Positions 1 to 10,464 are shown, numbered from the stretch's first letter. The stretch: DNA of 64,000 nucleotides from Nannocystales bacterium (GCA_050633305.1 JBOEGF010000016.1:1-64000); one strand, 5' to 3'. A program made the numbers and translations. Notes: generated by a model from the letters alone, not told the origin.

Positions 1-165
1 CCCGCCAGGGCGAGGACTTACGACTGAAGCAGCAAGACCGGCAGAAGAACAGCTTTTAGGAGGAGACTCGGTCGAGGGCTGCCGAAGCCCCCCCTTCAAC
101 CTGGACTGCGAGCGATCTCGGCCTACCGAAGCGGCAGGAGTCGAACTCGGCTCTGGCCGACCTCG

Positions 166-1680
166 CTACGGCACATCCGCGCCCGGATAGTCCGGGGCCC
201 CGTCCTCCCGGGGCCGAACATCCCCCCCGAAGTCGAACGGCGGGTCCCCGTCTTCCCACACCGCAAGCCCCTCAAACTCCGTCTGCCCCGGGGCCGTCAG
301 CGTGTAGTCACCCGTCGCGAACCCCACGAACCACTCGCCGGGATCCAGGGTGGTCTCAGTCGGGGTGGTTGTGATGCTGGCGCCGCTGCATGAGATCGGA
401 GGTCCGGCGCTGCTGGTCTCGCTGACGATGAGGCTGTTGCGCACGACGGTGGTGCCGCCCGTGCACTGCAGCACGGGGCCACCGCTGTTGAAGTCGACGC
501 CGAGCGTGCTGTAGAGGATTTCGAGGTTGGCACCGTTCGCGGTGATCGCTGGAGTGCCCGGATTCCCCGCGACCCCTGACACCATGGAGTTCCTGACGAA
601 CCCCGAGGTACCACTGGCCAACTGTATCCCCCCCTCGGTGTTCTGGCTGACCTGCACGTTGTCCGCATACAGCGTGCCTCCACTCTCCACCGAGATGCCC
701 AGCTCAGCTCCGTTGAGCGCGAGCCGAACCCGGTGAAGGAACAGCGTCGTCCCATCCCCGGTCACGGTCACCGTCGGATCGCTCTCGACCCCATCGATCC
801 CCCGGATGTTCGCATCGGAGGAAACGATCGCAATCACCTTGCCCGCGTCGATCCGGATCTGATGATCCCCGTCCCCGATCCCCGACAAGACGATCGCCCA
901 CTCCTCCCCATCCGCCACCCCATCGACAGCCTCTTGAATCGACCCATCCGTGGTCACCACCACGTTCGTCACTGCGTCCGGGTCAAAACAAGCCCCCGTC
1001 GCCACATTGCACGCGGGGCTCCCGATCGCCTGGCACTCCTCGTGGAACGCACACGGCACGCACACGCTGGCCTCCGCATCACAAACCGGCGTCCCCCCAC
1101 CGCACGCCTCCGAACTCTCCGCCGTGCATTGCACGCAAGCGTCGTCCACACACAGCGGCGCGCTGGCATCGAGCCCCGCACACGCCTCGTCCCCGCTGAG
1201 CTCCACCACCGCCGAGCAGGTCGAGCACACCTGCTCCACGCAAAACGCCAGCGCCGGGTCGGTGCACTCCGCATCCCCTGTGCACTCGGGTCCGCTCGAG
1301 CCTGTGGTCTCGTCTCCGGTTTCGGTGCTGGACCCGGTGGTGCTCGGCTGCTCGGTGGTCGACCCGCTGCTCGAGCCCATGGTCGTGTCGGTCGGGTCGA
1401 GGCAGCTGTCGCCGTTGGGGATGCCGCACTCGGAGTGGCACTGCGGCGTGGGGGGCTCGGCCACGCACGCAAAGCCCACGCCCGCCTTCAGGCCATAGTC
1501 CTCGAAGCACTCGCCACCCGAGAACACACAGTAGGGCTCTTCGGGGTTCTTGCGCACGCAGAATGCGTCGCCGTCGAAGTTGCCGCAGTAGTTGGGATCG
1601 GGCCGCGGGTCAGCCAGACAACCGCCGAATGCAAACGCCAGCGTGAGGGACAGAGCACCGAGAGACGAGGGAGACTTCAT
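166..1680 (-). CDS. Cys-rich lipoprotein with C-terminal right-handed beta-helix-like domain
   Basis: Lipobox LAFAFGG-C, S/T-rich linker, Cys-rich repeats (CTGDAEC, TPVCD), then beta-helix-like repeats ending GGDVRP...DYPGAD. Confidence 0.75.
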   Translation of the reverse strand: MKSPSSLGALSLTLAFAFGGCLADPRPDPNYCGNFDGDAFCVRKNPEEPYCVFSGGECFEDYGLKAGVGFACVAEPPTPQCHSECGIPNGDSCLDPTDTTMGSSSGSTTEQPSTTGSSTETGDETTGSSGPECTGDAECTDPALAFCVEQVCSTCSAVVELSGDEACAGLDASAPLCVDDACVQCTAESSEACGGGTPVCDAEASVCVPCAFHEECQAIGSPACNVATGACFDPDAVTNVVVTTDGSIQEAVDGVADGEEWAIVLSGIGDGDHQIRIDAGKVIAIVSSDANIRGIDGVESDPTVTVTGDGTTLFLHRVRLALNGAELGISVESGGTLYADNVQVSQNTEGGIQLASGTSGFVRNSMVSGVAGNPGTPAITANGANLEILYSTLGVDFNSGGPVLQCTGGTTVVRNSLIVSETSSAGPPISCSGASITTTPTETTLDPGEWFVGFATGDYTLTAPGQTEFEGLAVWEDGDPPFDFGGDVRPREDGAPDYPGADVP

Positions 1681-1683
1681 CGT

Positions 1684-2571
1684 TTAGAACCTTCCTGAGA
1701 CCGAAAAACCCAGCCCATCATCCGAGAGCTGGGGGGAGATTGAGGCTCGACGCAGTCGCGAAGCGCGACGCAAGTCGATGCCCAGCAGCGTAGCACCCGT
1801 GGCCAACAACACCCCGCCACCGACCATCAAGCCGATCGTCATCGCGGCCGGATGTTTGCGACGCTGAAGCGCTTCCACACCCGACGGATTGCGCTCGAAC
1901 CCCTCCTCGGTTCGAGTGAACAACACCGTGCCCACAATCCCGGCTCCCAGGCCCGCCATGCCCACCCCAATTCCGGCCCACCCCATGGGCGAGAGTCGTT
2001 TCTGTGAAGGCGGTGGCGGCAGAGGTTTGTCTGTCGCCTCCGGTGGCGCGGCCGCAGGCTCGTCGGCCTTGTCCGCGGGCTCGGCCACATCGTCCGTCGC
2101 CTCCAGCCAGGCTACATACGTGTCCACCTGGGTCTCCAGCCGCTCCAGCACCGTGTACTCGTCGCCCCGAAGCTCGAAGCGGTCTTCGTGTTGCTCGCCC
2201 CCGGGCAGCTCGGCCGTGATCACCACCGTGTACAGCGACTTGCCATAGTCCGACCACGACAGCGCCACCCGTAGCTTCGCGACCCCCGGGCCATGTTCCG
2301 CCTCCAGCGGCACCAACCCGCGGAACAACCCTGGCACCCGCTCCGACAGATAGTCGTGCGTCTCTCGCACATACTCCACCTCTTGCGCGTCGGCTAAGGC
2401 GTGACAGTCCACCACCACATACGTGGGCACGAACCGCTTGGCCTGCGGCTGCTCGGACGGATCCGGTGACCTGGCGACGGACGTGGGGGCGGACGAGGGC
2501 GCGGGCGAGGGGCCCACGGCGAGCGCGCTGCACAGCGCGAGGGTGCACACAGGAGAGGTCATGGCAGTCAT
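1684..2571 (-). CDS. Secreted/membrane hypothetical protein with C-terminal Gly-rich helices
   Basis: Start MTAMTSP at 2571 overlaps the upstream kinase stop (ATGA); signal-like N-terminus; two Gly-rich hydrophobic segments; ends GFSVSGRF. Confidence 0.7.
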   Translation of the reverse strand: MTAMTSPVCTLALCSALAVGPSPAPSSAPTSVARSPDPSEQPQAKRFVPTYVVVDCHALADAQEVEYVRETHDYLSERVPGLFRGLVPLEAEHGPGVAKLRVALSWSDYGKSLYTVVITAELPGGEQHEDRFELRGDEYTVLERLETQVDTYVAWLEATDDVAEPADKADEPAAAPPEATDKPLPPPPSQKRLSPMGWAGIGVGMAGLGAGIVGTVLFTRTEEGFERNPSGVEALQRRKHPAAMTIGLMVGGGVLLATGATLLGIDLRRASRLRRASISPQLSDDGLGFSVSGRF

Positions 2572-4046
2572 TGGTCCGCGCACATTTGTGCGTAGCGTCG
2601 AACGTCCCGGTCGTCGGTGCCCGCGCCCAGTCGGGCGCACGCGGCAAAGGCTTGGGTGTGAAAGAGTGCCCGGATCCGCAGGCGCTTCCACGCCTTGCGA
2701 TCGCCCGCCCAGCATTGCGCAGGCTTGGTGTGACGCGCCACCGCACTCCAGCGGCGCACGTCTTTGGCCGACTGCGCGCCCTTGCGTGCGGCCTCGCAGT
2801 CGACCGAAGGCGTAGGGGCGGGCGCGAGCTTGGGCTTGGGTTTTCGGCGAGCCCTGGCCACGCTTGTCGGCGGGAGGGCCGGCTCGGGCTCCACGGCCGG
2901 CTCCGCCTCGGCCGCGATGGACTCGGGCTCAGGTGATGTCTCGGGCTCCTGCGGAGGGGCGACGCGCGACGGAAGCCTAGGCAAGGCACCAAGCGATGCA
3001 GGCGGTAACGCGTGCCACGACGTGGACGCGCGAGCCCACGCACCGCCGACCCCGACCGCCAGCGCAGCCACCAACGCCACCCCCATCGCAGCCGGCCATT
3101 GGCGGCGCGATGGTGTCTCGGGCTGCACCACCTCCACCTCCTCCGTAGCCTGTTCCAGCGGCGCCACAGAAGTTTTCGCCGACGCCTCTGCCAGCCCCAA
3201 GTCCAGCCCGCGGATCACCTCATTCAGCGAGATCCGCTGCTCGGCTCGCAACGCCAGGCACGCGTTGACCAGCGCCGCCAGGGGCTCGGGAACCGGGTGC
3301 ACGCGGGTGTCGAGCGTGGGCGCTGGCAGCTCTTCTTTGGCTTGGAGCTCCGCAAAGCGGTCCATCTCCGTGTGGCAGTAGGGGTTGCTGCCCGTGAGCA
3401 TCTCGTAGGCCAGCACGCCCAGCGAAAACACATCCATGCTGGGTTGGGCCGGCTCGCCCCGCGCCTGCTCGGGCGACATCATCCACGGCGTTCCGGGGAT
3501 CTCGCCCTGCAACGTGGCGCGCCGCTTGGAGTCTTGCACCCGGCCCGCATGCGAGAAATCGATCAGCGTGGGCGTGCCGTCGGGGGCGAGAAACACGTTG
3601 TGCACGGTGACGTCGCGATGCACCACCCCCGCGCGATGGCAGGCCTGCACCGCCTCGGCCAGCCGTCCCAGCATCCGCGCCGCAGCGCGAGGCGGGATGG
3701 CCCCGTTGCGAGCCAGACCTGCGTTGAGCGACTCGCCCTGCACGCACTCGAACACCGCGAACGGACAGCTGCCCAACTCGCGCAGCCTGCCGCTGCCCAG
3801 GCACTGGACCACGAACTCGTGCTCCACCGCGCGTGCCAGCTCGGCCTCGGTGAGCAGTCGTGACTCTCGCTCGGGGCGGCCGCGATACCGCGGCACCAAC
3901 ACCTTCAGCGCCACCTCGCGATCCAGCGTGCGATCGAACGCGCGAACCACCGTGCCCAAGCCGCCCTCGCCCAACACCTTGCCCAGCTCGAAGCGCCCAT
4001 CGAGCACCCGGCCGGCCGTCAGCTCGGAAGCCTCGTGTCCCGTCAT
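2568..4046 (-). CDS. Membrane Ser/Thr protein kinase with atypical catalytic motifs
   Basis: LGEGGLG, VALKVL, HRDVTVHN, DFS, GTPWMMSPEQ, one TM helix; ATGA overlap with the upstream kinase. Confidence 0.85.
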   Translation of the reverse strand: MTGHEASELTAGRVLDGRFELGKVLGEGGLGTVVRAFDRTLDREVALKVLVPRYRGRPERESRLLTEAELARAVEHEFVVQCLGSGRLRELGSCPFAVFECVQGESLNAGLARNGAIPPRAAARMLGRLAEAVQACHRAGVVHRDVTVHNVFLAPDGTPTLIDFSHAGRVQDSKRRATLQGEIPGTPWMMSPEQARGEPAQPSMDVFSLGVLAYEMLTGSNPYCHTEMDRFAELQAKEELPAPTLDTRVHPVPEPLAALVNACLALRAEQRISLNEVIRGLDLGLAEASAKTSVAPLEQATEEVEVVQPETPSRRQWPAAMGVALVAALAVGVGGAWARASTSWHALPPASLGALPRLPSRVAPPQEPETSPEPESIAAEAEPAVEPEPALPPTSVARARRKPKPKLAPAPTPSVDCEAARKGAQSAKDVRRWSAVARHTKPAQCWAGDRKAWKRLRIRALFHTQAFAACARLGAGTDDRDVRRYAQMCADQ

Positions 4047-5872
4047 TGGCCGCTCTTCTTTCTTCGGGTGACCCGAGGCGCCGAGCCGCCGAGCTTCACG
4101 AACAGGAACTCCCCCTCACCCAGCGCGGGCACCGTGATTCGCCCTGCCGCCGTCCACGAGTCGTCGTGGTCGGACCGCCACCACACCTTGAGGCGGCCCG
4201 GCGGCACATGGGCCCGCGCGATGTAGTCGACCGGGTAGACCGACTTGCCCACCCTGATCTCCGTGGCCGGGTGAGGCCCCGGCAGAATCCGGACGTCGAC
4301 CGGAGGCAGGTCGGGGCGAGGACGTCGGGTTCGCGGTGGGGCGGCGGGGGCCGCAGTGCCCTGCTCGGGTTCCGGTTCGCTTTCCGCGGCCGGTTCGGGG
4401 GTGGGCGGCGGCTCGATTCGCTGCGCTGCGGCACCTTTGTGAACGTCGAGCTCGGGCACCGCGGGCGCGGCGGGTTTGCGCGGCGTCGACTGGCTGAGCT
4501 GTGGTGTCGCGACGACCGGTGGCGAAGGTTGCTCGCGCATGAGCAGCCCGCCAAGGACCGCACCCAGCAACAGGACCAGCAGCGAACCCGCGACGACAGA
4601 AAGCAAGCGAAGTCGCGAGCGCCAGTCGCCAGGCGTAGGCGGGACCACATCGGTGTTGGCGTGTGTCGGCGTGGAGGCGGGCGTGGGCATCAGCCGCTGC
4701 GCCACGGCTGTCTCCAACGCGTTGGTCGGGGCCACCACGCCGCCGTCACGGGCAGCTCGAAGGGCCTCGTCGCTGAGCGCAACGGTGCCGCCTGCCGCCT
4801 CGGGCTCCACCGACAACTCGTCCGACAACAGCATTCGCCCTGGTGCCGTCGGCGTTGGCACATCGAATCCCATCGCCCGCTTGCGCGACTGCTCGCGGAA
4901 GTAGCCAGGCAGAAACGAACCCCGGTCGGAGTGCGACTGCAGGTACTGCGTCATGCCCGTACGCGGAGGCCCGATCAGCCTGCGGTACCGCTCGGCCAAC
5001 TCCTCACGCCTGTCGATGCGCTCGACTCGCTTGAGGATCTCCAGCGCCCCCTCGGCCGTGCGCAGTCGGTCTTGCACCCGGACCTGAAGCAACGCTTGGC
5101 GCAAGTTCTCCAGCTCCGGGTGCACCTGGATGTCCAGCGGCGGCACGCCGTCCTTGAAGCGCGACTTCACCGACTTCACCGAGCAACCGCGCGGGTTGAC
5201 GCGCTCGCCCGTGAGCAGCTCTTGCAACATCAGGCCGGCCGAGTACAGGTCGCTCTCGGTGCGGATCACGCCGTCGAACGTCTCGGGTGCCATGTACGGC
5301 ACCGTTCCCACAATCGCCGAGGTCACTGCCCCTTCTTCACCCTCGACAAAACGGGAGATCCCGAAGTCGGTCAGGAAGATGTCCCCATGCGAGGAGACCA
5401 TCACGTTCTCCGGCTTGAGGTCGCCGTGCACCACGTTGGCATCCGTATCCCCGTGGCGGTTGTTGTGCGCGATGACCAGGCTGCGAAACACCGAGCGCAT
5501 CACGTGCACCGCCAACCCCGGAGACAGCGTCCCCACGTCTGTGAAGGCGCGCAGGTTCACACCGTCGATGAAGTCCATCACCAGATAGGGGAGGTCCTCG
5601 AACTGATCGAAGTGGTGAATCGCGGGGAAGCCGGGGTGCCGACCCAGTTGCGCAGCCACCCGGGCCTCGCGCGTGAACATCTCCTGGTAGCGAACATCCC
5701 ACCCCAGCTGCGGCCGCAGTACCTTCAGCGCCTTGGCCGTGCCGACGTCCGGATCGACGACCGACCACACCTCACCCATGCCCCCTCCACCGAGGAGGAA
5801 CACGAGTCGGTACGGCCCGACCTTTTCGAACGTCTGCTCCATCCCGTTCCTGGACCCTGAAGCAGGTTCCAT
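4043..5872 (-). CDS. Membrane Ser/Thr protein kinase (non-RD)
   Basis: LGGGGMGEV, ALKVL, HGDLKPEN, DFG, GTVPYMAPE, TM helix; start probably ATG 5872 or 5842 rather than 6196. Confidence 0.9.
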   Translation of the reverse strand: MEPASGSRNGMEQTFEKVGPYRLVFLLGGGGMGEVWSVVDPDVGTAKALKVLRPQLGWDVRYQEMFTREARVAAQLGRHPGFPAIHHFDQFEDLPYLVMDFIDGVNLRAFTDVGTLSPGLAVHVMRSVFRSLVIAHNNRHGDTDANVVHGDLKPENVMVSSHGDIFLTDFGISRFVEGEEGAVTSAIVGTVPYMAPETFDGVIRTESDLYSAGLMLQELLTGERVNPRGCSVKSVKSRFKDGVPPLDIQVHPELENLRQALLQVRVQDRLRTAEGALEILKRVERIDRREELAERYRRLIGPPRTGMTQYLQSHSDRGSFLPGYFREQSRKRAMGFDVPTPTAPGRMLLSDELSVEPEAAGGTVALSDEALRAARDGGVVAPTNALETAVAQRLMPTPASTPTHANTDVVPPTPGDWRSRLRLLSVVAGSLLVLLLGAVLGGLLMREQPSPPVVATPQLSQSTPRKPAAPAVPELDVHKGAAAQRIEPPPTPEPAAESEPEPEQGTAAPAAPPRTRRPRPDLPPVDVRILPGPHPATEIRVGKSVYPVDYIARAHVPPGRLKVWWRSDHDDSWTAAGRITVPALGEGEFLFVKLGGSAPRVTRRKKSGQ

Positions 5873-6006
5873 GCCGACCGTGCAGACGCCACGGTTTGCA
5901 GAGTTGACGCTCGGCAGGTGGGGAGTCGAGGTTCCGGTTCCGCGTAGAAGTGGGTAGTCGAGGTTCCACTCGACTGGGGGCCGCGGCACCAGGGCCGGTT
6001 CAACCG

Positions 6007-6354
6007 TCAGCTCAGCACGGAGCTGAAGACGCCGAGCGCGACCACGGAGACCGCCGCGAGGAAGACCAGCGGGACGCTGTATCGGGTTCCATCCTGACGC
6101 TTGCGCTCTGTGGACTGCGTCGCGAGCGCGATGAGGCTGAGGAGGAGCGCCATCAGGGTGAGGATGAGCGCGGTCCCGAGCAGGTCGTCGTCCCACACGT
6201 TGCGGCGTTTGACGCCGAACCAGCCGTCGAGGGCTGTACCGCGGGGATTGGGTCTAGCTTGGTCCGTGACCGTGATGGCCGCAACGGCGACGAGCCAAGC
6301 GGAGGCGCTCAGAACCCGGGCGAGTCGGGAGACTCCGTGTTGAGCGCGGCGCAC
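6007..6354 (-). CDS. Small membrane protein (about 3 TM)
   Basis: Three hydrophobic segments; fills the gap between acnB and the kinase. Confidence 0.55.
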   Translation of the reverse strand: MRRAQHGVSRLARVLSASAWLVAVAAITVTDQARPNPRGTALDGWFGVKRRNVWDDDLLGTALILTLMALLLSLIALATQSTERKRQDGTRYSVPLVFLAAVSVVALGVFSSVLS

Positions 6355-6424
6355 GAAGCCACTGTGGCGTCGGCGAGGGGTCGGCGCCGTCGCTATTTTG
6401 AAACTCCCGACGCCGAACCGCAGA

Positions 6425-6460
6425 ACCAGAAACGGCTCGGCCGCGTGAGCAACCGAGCCG
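6425..6460 (-). terminator. Probable intrinsic terminator of acnB
   Basis: Minus strand CGGCTCGG-N12-CCGAGCCG stem (6433-6460) followed by TTTCTGGTT, 24 nt after the acnB stop. Confidence 0.6.
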
Positions 6461-6483
6461 AGACGAGCTGAGGGCAGCTGGGA

Positions 6484-9258
6484 TCAGTTCACCGGAGGCG
6501 CGTAGCTGGTCAGCTTAATGCCATCCACGGCCGCGGTGTACTCGTCCAGCGTCGGTGTGCGTCCCAGAATCGTGGAAAGCACGACGACGGGCGTGGAAGC
6601 CAGGAGCGACTCGCCCTTCTTCTCGGTGCTGTCCGCGACGACGCGTCCCTGGAACAGCCGGGTGGAGGTGGCCATGACGGTGTCGCCCTTGGCGGCCTTC
6701 TCCTGGTTGCCCATGCACAGGTTACAGCCGGGACGCTCGAGGTACATGATGTTCTCGTACTCGGTCCGCGCCGTGTCTTTGGGAGACACGTCATCGAACT
6801 CGAAGCCGGCGTACTTGGTGAGGACGGCCCAGTCGCCCTCTTCCTTGAGCTCGTTGACAATGTTGTAGGTAGGAGGCGCCACGACGAGGGGCGCGTTGAA
6901 CTTGACGGTGCCGTGCAGCTTCTCGATGTTGCGAAGCATCTGGGCAAGGATCTGCATGTCGCCCTTGTGCACCATGCAGGAGCCGACGAAGCCCAGGTCG
7001 ACCTTCTTGGTGCCCTCGTAGAAGGAGATGGGCCGGATGGTGTCGTGGGTGTATCGCTTGGAGACGTCGTCGTTGTTGACGTCGGGGTCGGCGATCATGG
7101 GCTCGACGAGCTGGTCGAGGTCGACGACGAACTCGGCGGTGTACTTGGCGTTGTCGTCGGGGGTGAGCGCCGGGTTGTTGCCCGACTCGAGGTCGGCGAT
7201 GCGTGCCTCAGCCTTGTCGAGGAGGCCCTGGAGCAGCTGGCGCTCGTTGTCCATGCCCTTGTCGATCATGGTCTGGATGCGCCCCTTGGCGATCTGCAGG
7301 GACTCGATCAACGTCTCGGGCTGGGAGATGCAGATCGAGGCTTTGGCCTTCATCTCTGCTGTCCAGTCGGTGAAGGTGAAGGCTTGGTCGGCCAGCAGCG
7401 TGCCGATGTGCACCTCGATGACCTTGCCCTGGAAGACGTTCTCGCCGAACTGCTCGAGCATCTGGGCTTGGGTGCCGTGGACGACGTCGCGGAAGTCCAT
7501 GTGGTCTTTGAGCGTGCCCTTGAAGGTCACCTTGACGGACTGCGGGATAGGCATGGTGGCCTCTCCCGTGGCGAGCGCGAGCGCGACGGTTCCGGAGTCG
7601 GCACCGAAGGCAACACCCTTGGACATCCGGGTGTGGGAGTCGCCGCCGACGATGACAGCGCGGTCGTCCACGGTGATGTCGTTGAGCACCTTGTGGATGA
7701 CGTCGGTCATCGGCTTGTACGCATGCTCGGGGTCGCGGGCGGTGATCAAGCCGAACTTGTTCATGAAGCTCATGAGCTTCGGAATGTTCTGCCGCGACTT
7801 GATGTCCCAGACCGAGGCGGTGTGGCACCCGGACTGGTACGCGCCGTGGACGGTCGGGGAGATGACGGTGGCGGCCATCATCTCGAGCTCTTGCGAGGTC
7901 ATGAGACCGGTCGTGTCCTGCGAGCCGACGATGTCGACCTTCACGCGGACATCGGAGCCTGCGTGCAGGACCTTGCCGGGCGTGGTGCCGACCGCGTTCT
8001 TGTTGAAGATTTTCTCGACCGCGGTGAGGCCTTGGCCTTCGTGCGAGATTTCCTTGGACGTGGCGTAGACCTCAGGGGTCTCGATTCCCAGGATGCCCGC
8101 GGCGGTGCTCTGAAGCTTCTTGCCGAAGACGACCGCGTAGGAGCCCTTGGCACGGATGAACTCGAGCTTTTGGGGCGTCAGCGCGGAGGAGATGTCGGAG
8201 AGCTCCTGGCTGCCGTCCTCGTTGTAGAGCTTCTTGGTCTTGGTGTTGATCGTCAGGACGGTGCCTGTGTCGATCGAGAACAGCTGGTCGAGGACAGCAT
8301 CGCCTTCCTCGTCTTCGATGACCTCACCCTTGTCGTCGAGCTTCTTCACCCAGTTTTTCAGGTCGAGGCCGATGCCACCGGTCACGCCGACGGTGGTGAG
8401 GAAGATGGGGGAGATGCCGTTGGTGCCGCCGACGATGGGGGCGATGTTGATGAACGGGACGTAGGGGCTGGCCTGCACGCCGGTCCACAGCGCCACGTTG
8501 TTCACGCCGGACATGCGCGAGGAGCCCACGCCCATGGTGCCCTTGTCGGCAACCAACATGACGCGTTTGTCGGGGTGCTTCTCCTTGAGCGCAAGAAGCA
8601 CGCCTTGGGCTTCTTTGTTGTGCTCGAAGAGGCACTGGCCGTGCAGTTCGCGGTCGGCACGGGAGTGCGCGTCGCTACCCGGGGAGAGCAGGTCGGTGGA
8701 GACGTCGCCCACTGCGGTGACGTAGGTGACGACCTGGATTGTCTCGTCGACGGGCGGAAGCTTGGTGAAGAACTCCGCGTTGGCGTAGCTCTTCAGGATG
8801 TCGGTGGCGATCGCGTGGCCGCTCTTGTGCGCCTCTTCGAGCCGGTCGGTATCGGCCTCATACAAGAACGTTTGTGTCTTGAGCACCGTCGCAGCAGCGA
8901 GCGCGGTCGCCTCTTTGTCGCCCAGCGCAAGGTCGAGGAGAACCTCAACCGAAGGTCCGCCCTTCATGTGCGAGAGGTACTCAAACGCGAGCTCCTCGGT
9001 GATCTCCGGGACGACCTGCGTGCCCAAGATGACCTCCTTGAGGAACTTGGCCTTCGCCCCCGCCGCGCTGGTCGTGCCCGGCAGCACGCCGTAGACGAAG
9101 AAGCGAAGCGAGTCGGTGCGGTGCTCGTGCCCAGCGTCCTTGATCTGTTCGATCAAGACCTCGACGAACTCCGCGTCCTCGATCGGCTTGGCGTGGAGGC
9201 CGTAGCCTTTGCGCGTTTCGATTTCGGTGAGGTACTTCGAGTAGAGGTCTGTAGTCAT
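6484..9258 (-). CDS. acnB: Aconitate hydratase B / 2-methylisocitrate dehydratase
   Basis: 924 aa; STDLLSP, GVGSSR, VGSQDTTG, GGDSHTR, 4Fe-4S ligands GSCM and PGCNLCMGNQ, STRLF; strongly biased codon usage. Confidence 0.95.
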   Translation of the reverse strand: MTTDLYSKYLTEIETRKGYGLHAKPIEDAEFVEVLIEQIKDAGHEHRTDSLRFFVYGVLPGTTSAAGAKAKFLKEVILGTQVVPEITEELAFEYLSHMKGGPSVEVLLDLALGDKEATALAAATVLKTQTFLYEADTDRLEEAHKSGHAIATDILKSYANAEFFTKLPPVDETIQVVTYVTAVGDVSTDLLSPGSDAHSRADRELHGQCLFEHNKEAQGVLLALKEKHPDKRVMLVADKGTMGVGSSRMSGVNNVALWTGVQASPYVPFINIAPIVGGTNGISPIFLTTVGVTGGIGLDLKNWVKKLDDKGEVIEDEEGDAVLDQLFSIDTGTVLTINTKTKKLYNEDGSQELSDISSALTPQKLEFIRAKGSYAVVFGKKLQSTAAGILGIETPEVYATSKEISHEGQGLTAVEKIFNKNAVGTTPGKVLHAGSDVRVKVDIVGSQDTTGLMTSQELEMMAATVISPTVHGAYQSGCHTASVWDIKSRQNIPKLMSFMNKFGLITARDPEHAYKPMTDVIHKVLNDITVDDRAVIVGGDSHTRMSKGVAFGADSGTVALALATGEATMPIPQSVKVTFKGTLKDHMDFRDVVHGTQAQMLEQFGENVFQGKVIEVHIGTLLADQAFTFTDWTAEMKAKASICISQPETLIESLQIAKGRIQTMIDKGMDNERQLLQGLLDKAEARIADLESGNNPALTPDDNAKYTAEFVVDLDQLVEPMIADPDVNNDDVSKRYTHDTIRPISFYEGTKKVDLGFVGSCMVHKGDMQILAQMLRNIEKLHGTVKFNAPLVVAPPTYNIVNELKEEGDWAVLTKYAGFEFDDVSPKDTARTEYENIMYLERPGCNLCMGNQEKAAKGDTVMATSTRLFQGRVVADSTEKKGESLLASTPVVVLSTILGRTPTLDEYTAAVDGIKLTSYAPPVN

Positions 9259-9527
9259 CGTCGCGCAATCGTTGAGGAAATCGCGTCTTACCAGCCCGCA
9301 GTGGGCGCATCAACACCTTTGTCGGCGGGGACCGGACCGCTGCGGGCCGCTTCACGGGCTCTTGCGGCGCGGTACCCACCGCAAACTCATGAACAACGCC
9401 GAGCGATGGTGGGTCGGGGTTCGTACGCTCCAGAGCAGGAGCGATGTTCCGGGTGGTCCCGAGCCAGTTTTGCGCAGGCGCAGAGGTGGCTATGCTTGAG
9501 CCAATGGCGAGCAGGAGCACGCTGACA

Positions 9528-10418
9528 ATGGCAATGATGGAGCGCGAACCGGGTCGGCCCTGGCGAAGGCTGTGTCTGTGCACGGCTGTCCTGCTTGGTT
9601 GCGGGCCGATTCTGTCCGTCGAGGTCGACGAGCAGGCCGCGGGCTCGACGAGTGGAGAAGAGACCTCACTGTCTGTGACCGGTATGCCGGACGATCCCGC
9701 CTGCATTCCCGGGGAGCAGGTGGCGTGCGTTTGTTCGGGCGCCGCGCCTGGAACCGCCATCTGTGGCGTGGCCGGTGTTTTCGGACCCTGCGGGTGCGAC
9801 GACGCGAAACCCACTGGTGAGGGGACGAGCGCGGGAGCGACGGGTTCCGAAGAGAGCGGCTGGGCCGGGTCGAGCAGCTCCGGGGGAGGATCGACTTCCC
9901 CCACGACCTCTGGCGGGGCGCCGGCGGGGTGCCTCCCGTTGGACCAACCCTGCCCAGGTGACGTGTCGGTTCAGACCGACGCCGAGGTCGAGGCCATCGC
10001 CGCGTGCAGCCGGATCGAAGGATCGCTCCAGATCCGTTTCGCGGTCACAGACCTCTCGCCCCTCACCTGCCTACGCGAGGTGGGAAACGAACTCAATCTC
10101 GAGTCCGTCGATATCCCCAGTCTGGCTGCGCTCAGCAACCTGCAGCATGTCGAGGGAGGGTTCGAGGCGATCTTCACGCGGATGACTTCACTGAGTCTCC
10201 CCTCGTTGGAGTACGTCGGGTACTTCGGTCTGTACCAGAACAACGAGATGCTCTCGCTTGACGTCCCGAGCCTCACGACGATCAGTGAGGGTCTCGACGT
10301 GCACGACAACGTGTTGCTCTCGACTTGCGAGGTCGCGTCGCTGGCGGACGAAGCTGTGCTCCCCGGAGCGCAGGTGTTCTACGATGGCAACGCCGACGAC
10401 TGCCCTTCGTCGGAGTGA
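9528..10418 (+). CDS. Lipoprotein with receptor-L-domain/LRR-like C-terminus
   Basis: AGGAG RBS about 10 nt upstream; lipobox AVLLG-C; Cys-rich module; CSRIEGSLQI and LSNLQHVEGG repeats. Confidence 0.7.
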   Translation: MAMMEREPGRPWRRLCLCTAVLLGCGPILSVEVDEQAAGSTSGEETSLSVTGMPDDPACIPGEQVACVCSGAAPGTAICGVAGVFGPCGCDDAKPTGEGTSAGATGSEESGWAGSSSSGGGSTSPTTSGGAPAGCLPLDQPCPGDVSVQTDAEVEAIAACSRIEGSLQIRFAVTDLSPLTCLREVGNELNLESVDIPSLAALSNLQHVEGGFEAIFTRMTSLSLPSLEYVGYFGLYQNNEMLSLDVPSLTTISEGLDVHDNVLLSTCEVASLADEAVLPGAQVFYDGNADDCPSSE

Positions 10419-10464
10419 ATCGGCTGGGTTGGACCATGCTCGGTTCTCGCGATGGGTCCGGCCT

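Noticed and set aside
120..160. GAGTTCGACTC on the minus strand resembling a tRNA T-arm
   Set aside because: No acceptor, D or anticodon arms can be built; only short local hairpins.
3860..5860. 666-aa plus-strand ORF (likewise 17001-18647, 29500-31212, 15456-16931)
   Set aside because: Antisense shadows of well-supported genes, expected in high-GC DNA.
6913..9525. 870-aa plus-strand ORF
   Set aside because: Antisense shadow of the codon-biased acnB; no recognisable motifs.
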